Assembly: GCA_051294375.1 (NCBI GenBank)
Contig: CM119266.1
Coordinates: 24,696,312 to 24,760,311, forward strand
Origin: Paraspadella gotoi
Lineage: Eukaryota; Animalia; Chaetognatha
Reading direction: 5' to 3'
DNA: 64,000 nt
The notes beneath the pieces are model-generated. The model was not told where the DNA came from, searched no databases, and saw only the letters and a program-made list of their open reading frames with translations. Positions 1 through 19,092 of the stretch are shown here, in pieces. Every line of letters starts with the position of its first letter. Position 1 is the first letter of the stretch. The translations under genes were made by a program, and so were the position numbers.

Positions 1-337
1 AAAAACGTCGTGAAACAAAATCGAGTAATCCATTACCACGTTGACTGTGTACATCGACGATCAATTCATCATCATTTTCCTCGTCTTGAGAATTTCGTCG
101 CTTTTTTCGTTTGTGCTAAATAAAGTAAAAACTTGTTGATAAAAAAGAGCATATGTGTATTTATAAATATTATTTCGAACATTTTATTGTGAAGTGGAAG
201 CGACGTACTTTGTGTTTAGACGTTCGGTTTTCGCTGTCCTCATCTTCTTTCTTCTCATGCTTGTGCTTTTTCTTGTGCTTTTTCTTGTCTTTTTTAATTG
301 TTACCAACAGCTCCGAATCACCGTTCATCGACTTCAT
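1..337 (-). CDS. 5' exons of a gene for a Lys/His-rich, probably nuclear protein (runs off the window)
   Basis: ATG at 337. Exon 337-209 encodes MKSMNGDSELLVTIKKDKKKHKKKHKHEKKEDEDSENRTSKHK, followed by a GT donor at 208 and a tttag acceptor at 116. The next exon reads HKRKKRRNSQDEENDDELIVDVHSQR in frame. A KKHKKKH tract occurs in INO80B-type proteins but is not diagnostic. Confidence 0.55.
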
Positions 338-819
338 GATACAAACTATAAAAATATAATTCAATAAACCATAAACTGATAAAGTATATACATATATTAA
401 TCTGTGATAAAAGTAAATAGGTAAAAAATATATTAGAAAAGAGTTGTTGACCAAAACAATGTTTAAAAAAAATTGTAAACGGTAAAATTTAACCAGAACG
501 AGAAACGCATTAAAAAAAATTATTCCTCCACCATGGTTTCTTAAAGTATATAAAAAATTGTATAAGTAGTATAAATTGTATAAACTTTTACAATTGTTTC
601 CCAGCTGTAAAAAATAGCTTTGCATTTTTCAAAAAATAACTTTTTGAAATGTTTCTCCAAAATTATTAAACATGGTTTTTAACAGTTCTGCTAACCAAAA
701 ATACTGCGAAGTTTACGAATACTTCAGATTTTATAAAAAAAAAAAATTATTTAATAGCAACAAGTTATATTTAACGTTGTAATGTTGCAGTTCATAAACC
801 CTTTTTTTCCAAATTATTT

Positions 820-2415
820 TTACCGTTCATAAATGCGAAAAGAAGGTACACTAATAGGATATTTGTCGAACCCTACTCCCTTCAGCGGCAATTTATCTCC
901 ATCGTAATCAAACCTAAAGGCTTGTAAAAGTTTTATTATACCAATGTACAACTCTTGCTCAGCAAATCGTCTCCCTATACACATTCGAGGACCAAAGCCA
1001 AACGGCATTACCAAGAAAGGGTTTCCCCGCTCTTCCTGGGAGCCCCCCGATCGTAACCACCTTTCCGGTTTGAATTTCAATGGATTATCATAATTTTCTT
1101 CGGAAAGACAGGCATATTCGTGCTCTAACAAACAAGTTGTTCCTTTCGGAATGCGGTAACCTTGGATGACAACATCTCTAATAAGATTACGAACATTCAT
1201 AGGGATGATAGGTTTTAATCTATATGTTTCACGCATCACGGCTTTAAGGTAATGCATTCGTGACAAAAGAGTCGGGGTTACCCTCTCTTCAAAGCTTTTA
1301 AAATTCTCATCTATCTCCTTCTGCAACTTTTCCTGGACACTAGGGTTTTTCGCCAGGTAAAACAAATTATAGGTTAGCGAATAACTGGTAGTTTCAATTG
1401 CGGCAAGCATCATATCAAATATCAATGTAATTTTTTGATCCATAGGAAGATTTTCGATGCTTAACAACTGCGGCAAAAATCTTTTGCTCAAATCGAGATT
1501 TGTGTCGAATTCACATTTTTTTTGGTAATCCTCAACCAATTGGATAGACATTTCGGTAACAAAATCCATATCTCGGTCAAATTTAGACTGTTTTCTGGAA
1601 GGAATTCCTAATCGATCAAAAATATTATACATAGGATTAACAGCTAAAGAAAATGCTTCCGAAAACGCCCCTTGAACGCTTTCAATAAACTGTTGTTGCC
1701 ACGATTCTTTGGACAAGTTTGAGTCCAAACATCCGAGCCGTCGGTCAAAAACTACTGCGCACACTGACTCGAATGACCATCGAGAGAATTCTGCCATCAG
1801 CGAAGGTAACCGATTTTCGTTGTTTTGACCAATGAGTCCTTGAATTTTTACGACCAATTCATCTCCGATGGGACTTTGTACCTCCAAATAAGGATGAGCA
1901 GAGTTCGCTTTCATCATGACTTTGTTTAGAGGTTTCCTCAACGCCCACCATTGTTCATGATTGGACAGAAGAAGCCCCAGTTCCTGCTTCCGTTTTAGAC
2001 GATACTTGTAAAATGCAGGATCCTCTGGTCTAACAGGATATCTGCCTTCATTACGGAAGACGATTTCAAAATCTTTGGGATCCAATATTTCGATTGAAGT
2101 TGGAAGCGTTTTCATAAACGGAAGACTGATCTTTACTATCGGTCCAAACGTCTCCCTCATCATTTTGCAGCATTCTGGTCTGTTAAATGCGTCCAACTTT
2201 CCGAAAGGCTTAAAAGAAAATAAATTGCCGAAAAACGGAACGGTCGTTGGAGTAGGGATTGATTCGAACGGTTTCGCCTTCGCCATGTCCGCGGAAGTGA
2301 ATCCGAAAGCGTCATCATCGGAAGCATGTTCGGCGAGAGTCGTTAGATTTTTTTCAGACACTGACAGTAACTTTAAACTCCTGCTCCAATTTCTTGGGCA
2401 TCTCCGAAGAATCAT
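820..2415 (-). CDS. Cytochrome P450, mitochondrial clan (CYP12/27/44/49-like), single exon, 531 aa
   Basis: Heme motif PFGFGPRMCIG, ExxR (ETYR), PERW, I-helix AAIETT, WxxxR (WWALR). The Arg-rich amphipathic N-terminus lacks a TM anchor, and the KPFESIP / VFRNEGRYPVRP segments are typical of mito-clan CYPs. Confidence 0.93.
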   Translation of the reverse strand: MILRRCPRNWSRSLKLLSVSEKNLTTLAEHASDDDAFGFTSADMAKAKPFESIPTPTTVPFFGNLFSFKPFGKLDAFNRPECCKMMRETFGPIVKISLPFMKTLPTSIEILDPKDFEIVFRNEGRYPVRPEDPAFYKYRLKRKQELGLLLSNHEQWWALRKPLNKVMMKANSAHPYLEVQSPIGDELVVKIQGLIGQNNENRLPSLMAEFSRWSFESVCAVVFDRRLGCLDSNLSKESWQQQFIESVQGAFSEAFSLAVNPMYNIFDRLGIPSRKQSKFDRDMDFVTEMSIQLVEDYQKKCEFDTNLDLSKRFLPQLLSIENLPMDQKITLIFDMMLAAIETTSYSLTYNLFYLAKNPSVQEKLQKEIDENFKSFEERVTPTLLSRMHYLKAVMRETYRLKPIIPMNVRNLIRDVVIQGYRIPKGTTCLLEHEYACLSEENYDNPLKFKPERWLRSGGSQEERGNPFLVMPFGFGPRMCIGRRFAEQELYIGIIKLLQAFRFDYDGDKLPLKGVGFDKYPISVPSFRIYER

Positions 2416-3053
2416 CGTTGTAAAATTTCAAATTAATTAAATGTTACTGGACGATTAGGCAGAAAAAGATATCTGTTAAGTCAAATATATTTTACAAATA
2501 TTAGCATTTCATCAAAACGTAAGTATGAGAAATAACAAAACAGTACGTGTATTTATAAAACTTTGATATATAAAATATTAGCTGTCGAAAAGCTGTAAAA
2601 ACTGTTTCGATGAACAGATTTTTGTTAAGAGTTACGCAAACCCTTACCATGCTCAGTTATAAAAATTGACCGATAAGCTTCGTAGGAAATTGAATTCCAC
2701 CAATCAACTTCGAATGAAATATCAGAACGAGACTTTGAAGGGACTTTTAATTCATTCCAGTCATCACGGAGAAAATATTTAACGGACCAATAAGAAACAA
2801 AGGAACAAGACTATGAAGTTGTACTCTAATCATATGATTTTACACCAGGCCAAAACAACAAGCTTTTTCAACAGCTTTTCCTTTCGGCTGCGGTTATTTC
2901 GACAAGTGAAATGATTTTTTTAGAATATGTTTCGCTAAAAATTTAAGCATTTGCAAATAGATTTGTTCGTAAAATGTTGTGCCAAGAATCAGCGATTACG
3001 ACGCTCATTTAAAATATTGGCTTTCGTTTCTTTTCAAGATATTGTTAAGAAAA
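2416..3053. promoter_or_regulatory. Probable shared divergent promoter region between the CYP and RPRD1
   Basis: Head-to-head start codons ~640 bp apart, with a CCAAT box (gaccaataag) near 2786-2795. TSSs cannot be determined from sequence. Confidence 0.4.
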
Positions 3054-5466
3054 ATGTCTGCGTTTTCTGAAAGTACTCTGGAATCGAAGTTACAAGACCT
3101 CAATCCTTCCCAGCAGAGCATTCAGACTCTTTCTCTATGGTTAATACATCACAGAAAGCATGCAAAAAAGATCGTCAATATTTGGAGGAAAATGCTCGCT
3201 ACAGGTATTATTACAGACATTGCATTACTTCTCTGTAGTTTGTTACCAGAAGATTGCTTACCTCCTTCAATACTATTCAATTTTAGTACCTCAAGCGAAA
3301 AAGCTTACTTTTCTGTACCTCGCGAACGACGTAATACAAAATTCCAAGAAGAAAGGACCAGAATTTACACAGGAGTTTGAAGGTATTACTCTTGTATATT
3401 TCTTTTTTCCAATTATGGGTTTTTTAACTGGTTTAAAATGCGCAGTTGTCCTTCAACACGCTTTTCACGAAGTTCTGAAAGACGCCGACGAAAAGACGCG
3501 GTCGTCTTGCGACCGGTTGCTCGCCATTTGGCAAGACAGGGGAGTCTACGACTCAGCCATTATACAGTCCATCAAGAAGACCAAAGAGTCCGGGGTGGCT
3601 GGGGAAGCCAAAGGTAGGAACAACATAGTTCCAATCCTTAAGTCTTCCCGGGCTTCCGAAGTTAAATTTTCTGAACAAATCACCACTGACCCTGAAAGAA
3701 AGTCCCGTAAAGGTAGCCCTCTTAAGTAATTATTAAATTAACAGCTCTTTATCTGACCATACTTTCGCGAAAGTGCTCGAACATTTTTTTATGATTATTA
3801 TTATGGGTATGACTGTTGAAACATTTTTAGCCAAGGCGCCGAGATCAAAAACGCGTCACGATGGCGAAGAGGACGAACCGAAAGAAAAGAAACGTAAACG
3901 GAATAAACAAAATTCAAATACTACAGAGTTTCCCTTGGATATTTTGAAAAAAGACTTGGAGCAAGATGGGAAGCCGGAGGAGGAAGTCAAACCTCCCGAG
4001 GTTCAAAAAGTTTAAAAAAGTCAATATCGTAGACCATTTTTGATTAATAAAATTTTTTAAAAAAATTGTTCACGTCGCTCCAGCCGATCGATCTCGTTAA
4101 CGCCCTCCTCGAACTCGAAAACTCTGCTTCCAACGACGAGGCGATCCGCGCTAAAATCGCCTCCTATCCTCCCAGCATCGCTGATGTGTCTCTTCTCAAA
4201 AATTTGCAGAACAAAGGCGACGGAGAAAAGTTAAAAAAGCAGGTCTGGCATAATTTTACTTTCGCCGATTGGGAGTTTAAAGAGTTTTAAAGTTAAGGTA
4301 ATAATTTTTATCTATTTTTTTGTGGTGTTTGTAGATTAAAGGAATAGTTTGAATATTTTTAAAATGACAATTTATTTAATGATAGACAAACATGTTTCGG
4401 CTTGAATTTAAAATTAATATGGCAAAATTATACTTTCGCCGACCGCGGTTTTTGAAAAATGATCTTAAAATATTTTTTAAAAAAATTTAAAAAAAAATAT
4501 TACCTAATTACTCTAACCTTAAACCCACACTACCCTTAACCACCCCTAACCCTAAACCACCCTTAACCCTAACCCCTCCCTAACCCCGGTCAGTAAAAGT
4601 AACCCATTAATATTTTTAAATGATTATTCAAAAAAAGCTAAAATCCCAGACGGCGAAAGTAAAATTTTACCCTGATAAAAATATTAGAATGAGTGTATGT
4701 TTAATAAAAATTCCTCTGTTATCCCCTAGGTCGAGGAAGCCTCCCTACTTCTCGCTGAGTACAACGGAAGATTAATGGCGGAGTTGGAGGAACGAAAGGA
4801 AGTTGCACAGATGCTCTCTGCATTCATGAAGCAACAGAGGGACAAAGTAGCGCAGGCGGAAAAACGACTCGAGGTGAGTTTTTAGTACTTGTCGGTCGGT
4901 CGGTCTCTCCGTGTCCCACTGATGTTTTAAATGTGAATAACTCGGATAATACTGCATTATTTTGATCGTAATGCTATAAGGTGATTTACCATGATGTGCC
5001 ATTTTGTGCATATGTTGTATACTTATCAGTCGTGTGTAATCACGTAACCAATGCGTCTTGCGGTTTTATGATCAGAGTCAATGCGCTGTTTACGTGTAAC
5101 ACTTAGTTATTTTAGTTCGTAATTTACAGATAAATGATGATTGATGAACCATAAGCTGCTTCTTACTTGTAAAGCCCACATCATCTGAAAATGTGGGCAT
5201 ATAAGAAAGTTACACCGTTGAAACACTTTGAACTTGGCTGTTCAAAGTGTTTTATAATAGACTAAAAAATTTATGATGTTGCGAATTGCAACGTAATTGA
5301 CAAAAAACTTTCTCTTTAGGACTTTAAGGCGAAAATGGAGAAGGTGATTAAAGTAAGAAAGGAGCTACAATCCCACATACAAAATCTCCCCGACTTGAAT
5401 TTACTCCCTGACGTCACCACCGGAGGCTTAGCGCCGTTACCTTCCGCAGAAAAGTTGTTTAATTGA
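3054..5466 (+). CDS. RPRD1B: Regulation of nuclear pre-mRNA domain-containing protein 1 (RPRD1A/B, CID + coiled coil), 7 coding exons
   Basis: CID start MSAFSESTLESKLQDLNPSQQSIQTLSLWLIHHRKHA, then KKLTFLYLANDVIQNSKKKG, LENSASNDEAIRAKIAS, LLAEYNGRLMAELEER and the C-terminus LQSHIQNLPDL...LAPLPSAEKLFN*. Approximate exons: 3054-3204, 3287-3382, 3445-3712, 3831-4000, 4084-4242, 4730-4873, 5320-5466, all GT-AG. A versus B paralog is not distinguishable. Confidence 0.92.
4248..4672. mobile_element. MITE-like foldback element in an RPRD1 intron, with degenerate telomere-like (TAACCC) repeats inside
   Basis: aattttactttcgccgattggga (~4252-4274) is the near reverse complement of tcccagacggcgaaagtaaaatt (~4644-4666). 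A second left-end copy lies at 4421-4450, and a taaccc/taacct tract at ~4512-4590. Confidence 0.65.
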
Positions 5467-6443
5467 AAATACATAATATTTAGTGTTTGGGCGACAGTTC
5501 GATACATATTAGAGAAGCCATTTTAATAATTTCTCTTTACAAAGCTGTCATTAACTGATAAAAGAAAAGCAAACACTTTTGTTGTAACTAAAATTTATCA
5601 ATGTTTGAAAGATTTTGTTACATTTTCTACAATGTTGCCATAGCTGATAGCTCCAACATGAAAATTACCTTGATTAAAATAATGCCCGAAACGGTTGCTC
5701 GTTCAAATTAAGTGCGCAAAAATGGACTTGCTCTAATTTGTCTCGATCTGTAATTCTACAGATTTGTTTGATACCTAGGTTCTATCTTCTTATCATCTTG
5801 TTTGTCTATCTCCTTTCTCAATCGAACTAAGTCAAGCTTTTGTGTTGACATTAGTCTAGACTCATGTCCTGTTTATTACAGTTTTATAATCCATGAAATG
5901 GATGCATTTGTATTGCGGATATGTTTTTAGAGAGACACCAGATGTTTTGTTTACGATGAATTAATAAACATTTTGAAATTAATTTTTTGAACTATTTTGC
6001 ATCTTCGTGAGAATTCAGTGACATAGGCATAGATAATGAAAATTATTTAAAAGTTGATGCAGCCCTTTAGCCTTAAAAGTTAAGACAAACCGGTATACAG
6101 TGACTGAATGAATGCTCTCCTTGGATAAATTTTAAGCTCAACGAAATGGTTATTTGTTATACGTAGCGTTTTCAAGATTTAAATTAAATTCTTCAAGCTA
6201 CGAAAAACAATCCATACTAGATCGCCTTACGTCCATCGGTTTACAGTACTTTTTCTCGATGTGATTTTTGTATTGTTTTTGTAACGAGTGAATTTTGGTG
6301 ATGACGGACAGGCGGGGAATTGCCGCGCTGGCGGCTGGAAATCGAAACAACAACGCGACCGGTTTGTCAACAAAAAATGCGAAGTTTTCTTCATTTCACT
6401 TTTTAATTCCTTACCTATTTGAAATTATCGCGTACAAGGATCC

Positions 6444-9400
6444 ATGGGTCGGAACAACTGCAATAGTTTTGGCACCAACGAAATATTAAGCGACAGCCTT
6501 GACGAAGAATTGCTTGTGTGCGTACGCGATTGTGGATGCAAAACTCCGCTCCTCGATGCGTTAAAGAGAACGCAAGTGGCGCTCGCCATGTCAAAAAGTA
6601 GGAACTTTTGAAGATGACAAACTAAGTCGCACAATTAAAATAATCGCTTTTAAAATGTTTAATCAAAAGGTGCTATAGAAGACGAAAAAACGGAAAATGT
6701 GAAAATGCTTCGAGAAAACAAAGGCTTGAAGTCGCAGGTAGACGACTTGGTTGAAAAGATGGAAATATCAGACGGAGAAAAAATTGAACTTCAAAGTCAA
6801 ATAGAGATACTCAAAGCGTCTCTGCAGGTTCGAGTGGGAATAGTTCTCAAATTTTCGAGCTGCTCATAACCTAAAAAGAAAATATTTTAAAAAATGACAG
6901 CAATCGGAGTACGCTCAGAAAAACGCTATTTTGCTCCAAGATCGCCTTAAGTCAGAGCTAGTAAAAGTTCACGGGGAAGCGGCGCACGAGGCGCAACTGA
7001 AAAACAAGCTTTACACAGAAGTTGAATCCCTAAAAGAGCAGGTCTGACAAAATGATTGTTGAAATATTCTGTTTTTTACGTCTTTCAAGACAAAGACATG
7101 TAATTTTCTTTTTGCGTAGGATTCACAGAATATTTTCTTTAATTTTACTGGGGGGTCTACAGAATGAGGAACTGGCCAAGCAAATTCGCGAGTACGATGA
7201 CTACCGAATGTCGGCAGACCTGGACCGCATGGAAGAACACAAGAAGAGGCTGGAGGCTGAAAACGCTTTGAAAATGATGGAGTCGAAAGGCTGTCGCGAA
7301 AGAGAGGAAGATCAAGGAATCATCGAGGCTCTTCAGGTAGCGAAATACAAAGACAACAGTAACGGCATCGATAACTACATTAACAACGCCATGCGACTAA
7401 GAAAAACCAAGGATGACGGAAAAAAGAAAAAATAAGATAAAAACGAAACATAGTATCGACTATCGAGCCATAGATGATCAAATAAAAACATTTATTAACA
7501 CGTAGTTATTGAATCGGGTTGATTAAAGATTCTCTTTCGCAGCAAAGAACAAAAATGTTGTCCAACCAAAAGGTGACGGCGGAAAAAGAATCTCGGTCAA
7601 TGCAGGAAAAGTTGGAAGTTGCTCTCGAGGCCGTAAAGACGTTTGAGAAACAGGTGGAGACTATGGTGGAAACTCATTCCGCCGAGGTGAACAACCTCAA
7701 GTATGAGATCGAAAAGCTGGCCGATTCCAACCAAAGATTTCAAAAAGACATCGAAGGTTGCCGGGAAAACTCAAACCGCGAGATTTGCGAGCTTGAAGAT
7801 GCCAAAAAGCAGACGAACACGCTTCTGCTGCGAGCTACAAAAGAGATTGCGCATTTGGACCGAACCACCGAAGATCTGGAAATAGCGACTCGTGCCATGC
7901 AGGAGGAAGTGAAACGGTTGAAGGAGGAGAAGGCCCAACTGGCAAAGTCGATGACCTTAAAGGAGGAAGAGTTGGAGATGAAGCGGGCCGATTGGCGCTT
8001 CGAGCTCGGAGCTCTGAAAAAGACCAATGCCGAGTTGGAGGAACAATTGAACGACGAGAGGGTCAAAGCGGTGGGCCTAGAGAGTCAACTGTCGAGCGCC
8101 AATCGTTTGCTAGAGTTAAAAGAGGTGGACTTGCAGGAGCAGCAGGAGGCAATGGAGAGGAGGAGGGAGTCAATCGACTCAGCGGTCAAAGATACAACCG
8201 AGAGGCTGCACGAGGAAATATCTTTCCTGCAGAACGCGCTGCGAGGCAAAGTGGAGGAGCTGCAAAATCTTAAGTCGGCCATCGCCGCCGCGGGGGGTAA
8301 CATTTCCTTGATGCCAATTAACGATTGGGACGCAAAGCGAATGGCGGAGGAAATAAAGCAACTTTCGGTGAGGAGAAAATGCTTCTGTCGAGAAATAAGG
8401 ATTGGATTGAGTTGACCGTAAAAGCTTCATTTTCCCATAGGAACGAAATTCAATTTTGAAAGAAAACGCCGAAGAGGCCGCGAGAGACATAGACGCTCTG
8501 AAGAGTGAAATCAGGGATCTTCTATTGGAAAAAGAATCGATGTTGCAAGAGATGGACCTAAAAACGAAAGAGTGGGAGAACGAAATAGAGTTAAAAGCGA
8601 CGTCTTTGGCTTCCTTACAAGAACAACTGGATGACTTATCGGAACGTCTGCATCACGAGGAGGAAGAGAAAAACAAATTGGCCAACATCCTTCTGAAACA
8701 ACTCGAGCCCAGCCCCGTCGATGCCCCTGAAGTAGATCGCTCGCCAAAGGTCTCGAGGCCAGTCGAGTATGTTCCAAGGGGGAAGTCGCTATCTAATAAG
8801 GATTCGGAAGAGGAAACATTGAGCGACCTTAGGGACAAAGTGATGCAGGCCAAGCAGTTCGTTTTCAAGAAGGGCGTCCACGAATCGATACTTCGCGAAG
8901 GCATTCAGCTGCAGGGTTTGGAGCAAGTTGCTAAAACTTACGACGATACTCATTTGGATTTCGACCAGCGTCTAAGCGACTTAATGGCTAAAGCAGAAGG
9001 GTATCGAGAGGAAAATCTCGACATAGGCACCAAAATAAAGGAGCTTAAATTGGATAATCACTTCTTGGAGAATGAGATGCAAGTGTACAAGATGGTGGAG
9101 AGAAGACTGATAGTTGACGGACTCATCGACAAGGACACGTTGAAAAACCTCAAGATTGACACAGCAGAGGAGCTGGCCAAATCGGGTCCACCGCCAGATC
9201 TCGATGAGGATATCTCTAAAATAATTCCGGCTAAGGAATACGCCAAAAAGTCGCTGGAAAGGATGTCCAACGTGTTCGCCGATCAGAAACACATTCTCGA
9301 TGCGGCGGAGCAGTTTTTCACCGTGGACGACCTGCTCGACGCTTTGAGACAGGACATCAACGTCGAGACGCAGACTTTGAAGCGGGAGATCGAGGATCTA

Positions 9401-11234
9401 ATCAAAATCGTGGACGGCTTGAAGAACGGTCCCGAAAGCGAGGAGCCGCGGAAGTCCAGCGACGATACGAACAAGAAGAAACCCAGCGAGGTTGTCGATG
9501 AGACGGTTGAAGAACAGATAAACGATGAGGATGAATCTCGCGGCAAAAACGACGACGACGACAGAAGAAAATTGAACGTAAACAAAATGGGAAACGAAAA
9601 CCGAACGAGCGACGAAATGAGACGAAATATCAATCTCAACAGAGAAAGCGCGGTACCCAAGCTGCCAAGCATTCACACGAACAAGCTGAGCCAGCGAGAG
9701 AAATCTAAGAGCGCGGACGACGGAAGATTCATCCGGGCGTCCCTCTCGCCAAAGTTTTCCGAGACAGAGCGTCAAAAGAAAGTGAAGTCCGAGAGCGCGG
9801 ACTGGCACCGCGTGAAGCAATTCGCGGCAAAGAGCGCGAGAGCGAGGAATTTTCAGGTTGAAGACGACGACGACGACAGTTTTATCTATGCAAGCCAGCA
9901 GAATCAGGTAAGGTCCGCCCCGTCGAATTCCTCGGAGTTCCTCTGGTCCCAAGACCGCAGCGGAAACTTTTTCCGCGTCGATGATAATTTTAACCGCTTT
10001 GTCTACGACCCGCGAGGCTTCGAGTGGCTCGTCGACGAAGGCGGCAGAGGATGGCGCGATAACGCGTCTGGTCAGCGGATAATGATAGATCCGGTTGGGC
10101 GAGAGTGGAAAATGCGCGACGAAGAAATCGGATATCGACGCGATGGCACCGGTCAAAAATGGGTGATTGAGGCCTCGACGGGCTGCGTCTGGCTCGTGGA
10201 CTCGAAAGAGAGACGCTGGAAAGTGGACAAGGACGGAAACCTACGAATGCGAGACGTGCGTGGACGGGAGCTAATGGTAGACGGAGAGGATCGTCAGTGG
10301 ATGGTGGACGAGAAGCGCCCGACGCGATTGGAAGAAAGAGTCTCGGTTCCAGGCGAAGTGACGAAGCTGCTGCAGCAAACCTTTAACAACAACTCCCCCA
10401 CGGATGGAGAGAGTCCGCCGCTGGTGAACGCCAGGATCCGACGCGTCAGCAAAGAACCAACGCCGGTCACAACGTCGGTAACCGAATCCGACGACGATGA
10501 CGACGACTGGAGCCAGTGGACGGCGCGGAGCTTCGACTCGAAGGGACGGAAGTCGTGCGCCAAATGGTCGACGTCGGCAAAGCGTGGCTCGGATGTAGAG
10601 GAGTCGCGTTTTCGGGACGAGGACACCTCCGAAGCCTGCTCTGGAAGGTCGGGCGGGAGCAAAGGATCGCGACGGCGGCGACGGAGCCAACTCGTCGAGC
10701 GAGACAGAAGTAATCGCCGAGCGAAGCCGACCAAAATTTACTTTAAACGGGAGATCGAATTCGACGGTAAGTCACGAAGCTTACAAGTAGCTATAAAATA
10801 GATTAAATTTAAATAACATAATTTGAAACATTCTTTGAAATATCATACCATTTTATTGATAGGGAACTCTAGGAGAAAATAAACGAGACTGTGAGAGTCT
10901 TGATTAATAGCTTGCAGGTACCTGCTATGTCATTATCGAGAGTGATGGAGCCTTAAACCACCAAAGCATGGCCAAAGTCAGGGGCAAGATAGCTTATTTA
11001 TTAAATGAATGGATATTTTTATATTGGTTGTATCAATTTCATACTTATAACTTTTTACATTTTGCAGTTTAATTTTAAAACTGATTTTCAATTTTTTTTT
11101 CTAATATCCGTCCAGAAATTCCTTTAGAAGATTCTTCGACAATCGAAAATAGTTCCTCCGACTCGGCATTTGAAAGGAATCTCAGGATAAAAGATTCGCC
11201 GTTGTATTACTACAACAACACTTGTGGTGTTTAA
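6444..11234 (+). CDS. Large uncharacterised coiled-coil protein (multi-exon) with a C-terminal Trp/Gly hairpin-repeat region
   Basis: An in-frame chain of GT-AG exons can be built from ATG 6444 (MGRNNCNSFG...) through ~6670-6827, ~6901-7041, ~7161-7336, ~7543-8367 and ~8441-10767. The last exon, 11117-11234, reads EIPLEDSS...NNTCGV*. The sequence is heptad-rich in E/K/L/Q. No family recognised; the start is tentative. Confidence 0.8.
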
Positions 11235-11666
11235 AACCTGCTCATTGCTCAAGCTTGCTTTGCCGACAGAATTATTTCTTAATGTATGAATCAATATAAA
11301 TATAGTACAACGAAGGAAAAGAAATTAATTGCGAATTTCATCATGTAGCTAATTTTGACCTCTATCCAGTATCTAGCCATACTAGGATCTCTCAAATATA
11401 AGTATTTTTCTATTTGTCTACATTATTATATATTTATATATATATAATATTTTAAAAGATTATTTATTCCCTTATCCAGACAAGTTCGAAACCGAGGCGC
11501 GCTATTGCGACAATGTGGTGTATTTGTTGTAAATATATGGTATATTTTGAAAAGTAGATTCTTATAAAAACAAAAGGGAATGCAAATGTCATCGTAGATA
11601 TAACTGGAATACAGATAGTTGAGAAACGTAGAACGATGATTCACAAGGGGGAAAGTTTTTTGGTTC

Positions 11667-18556
<6,890 letters not shown>

Positions 18557-19092
18557 GGCACATAAGTTACTGTCTTAAAATTTAAAGAAAAGCAATCTCT
18601 TCGGGACGAGAAATTAGAATTATGAACACTGCATATATTGGTATGCGGATCGAATAAAATCATTACGCAATAATTAAACTTAGCACTTCTCGTTCAACAG
18701 CCGTAAAGGCGGATCACATATCGATTGGCCAGTTGAAATAAGATTTTAACAAAATCCCGAAATAAAAAAACAATAGTCAATTTTCATTTCGAGGAAATTT
18801 GAACCAAACGAAAAACATTTCTCTGACGTCCCCTAGAAAAATCAGGGATCTGTTTTTAAAAAAATGAATTTTTTGTCTCAAACTTTATAACATTTAACAA
18901 ATGGTTACAAATTTTGGTGTAACTAACTGTTCTTTCTTTCGACGGCTAAGGCGCTGAGAAGTTTGGGGAAAAAAGTTAAAACGTGAACGAAGGAAAAAAA
19001 ATTTTTACAAGAAAGGAGAAAAATAAATTTACACAATGTTTCACAAACATTCAATGTCCATTTTTTTAACTCTCCCACAATCGAAGACTTTT

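Noticed and set aside
4512-4590. Telomere or interstitial telomeric array
   Set aside because: Short, degenerate and enclosed by TIRs inside an intron.
7703-10734. Overlapping and antisense ORFs over the coiled-coil gene (likewise over SMARCA5 and ZNF318)
   Set aside because: Shadow frames of GC-rich coding sequence.
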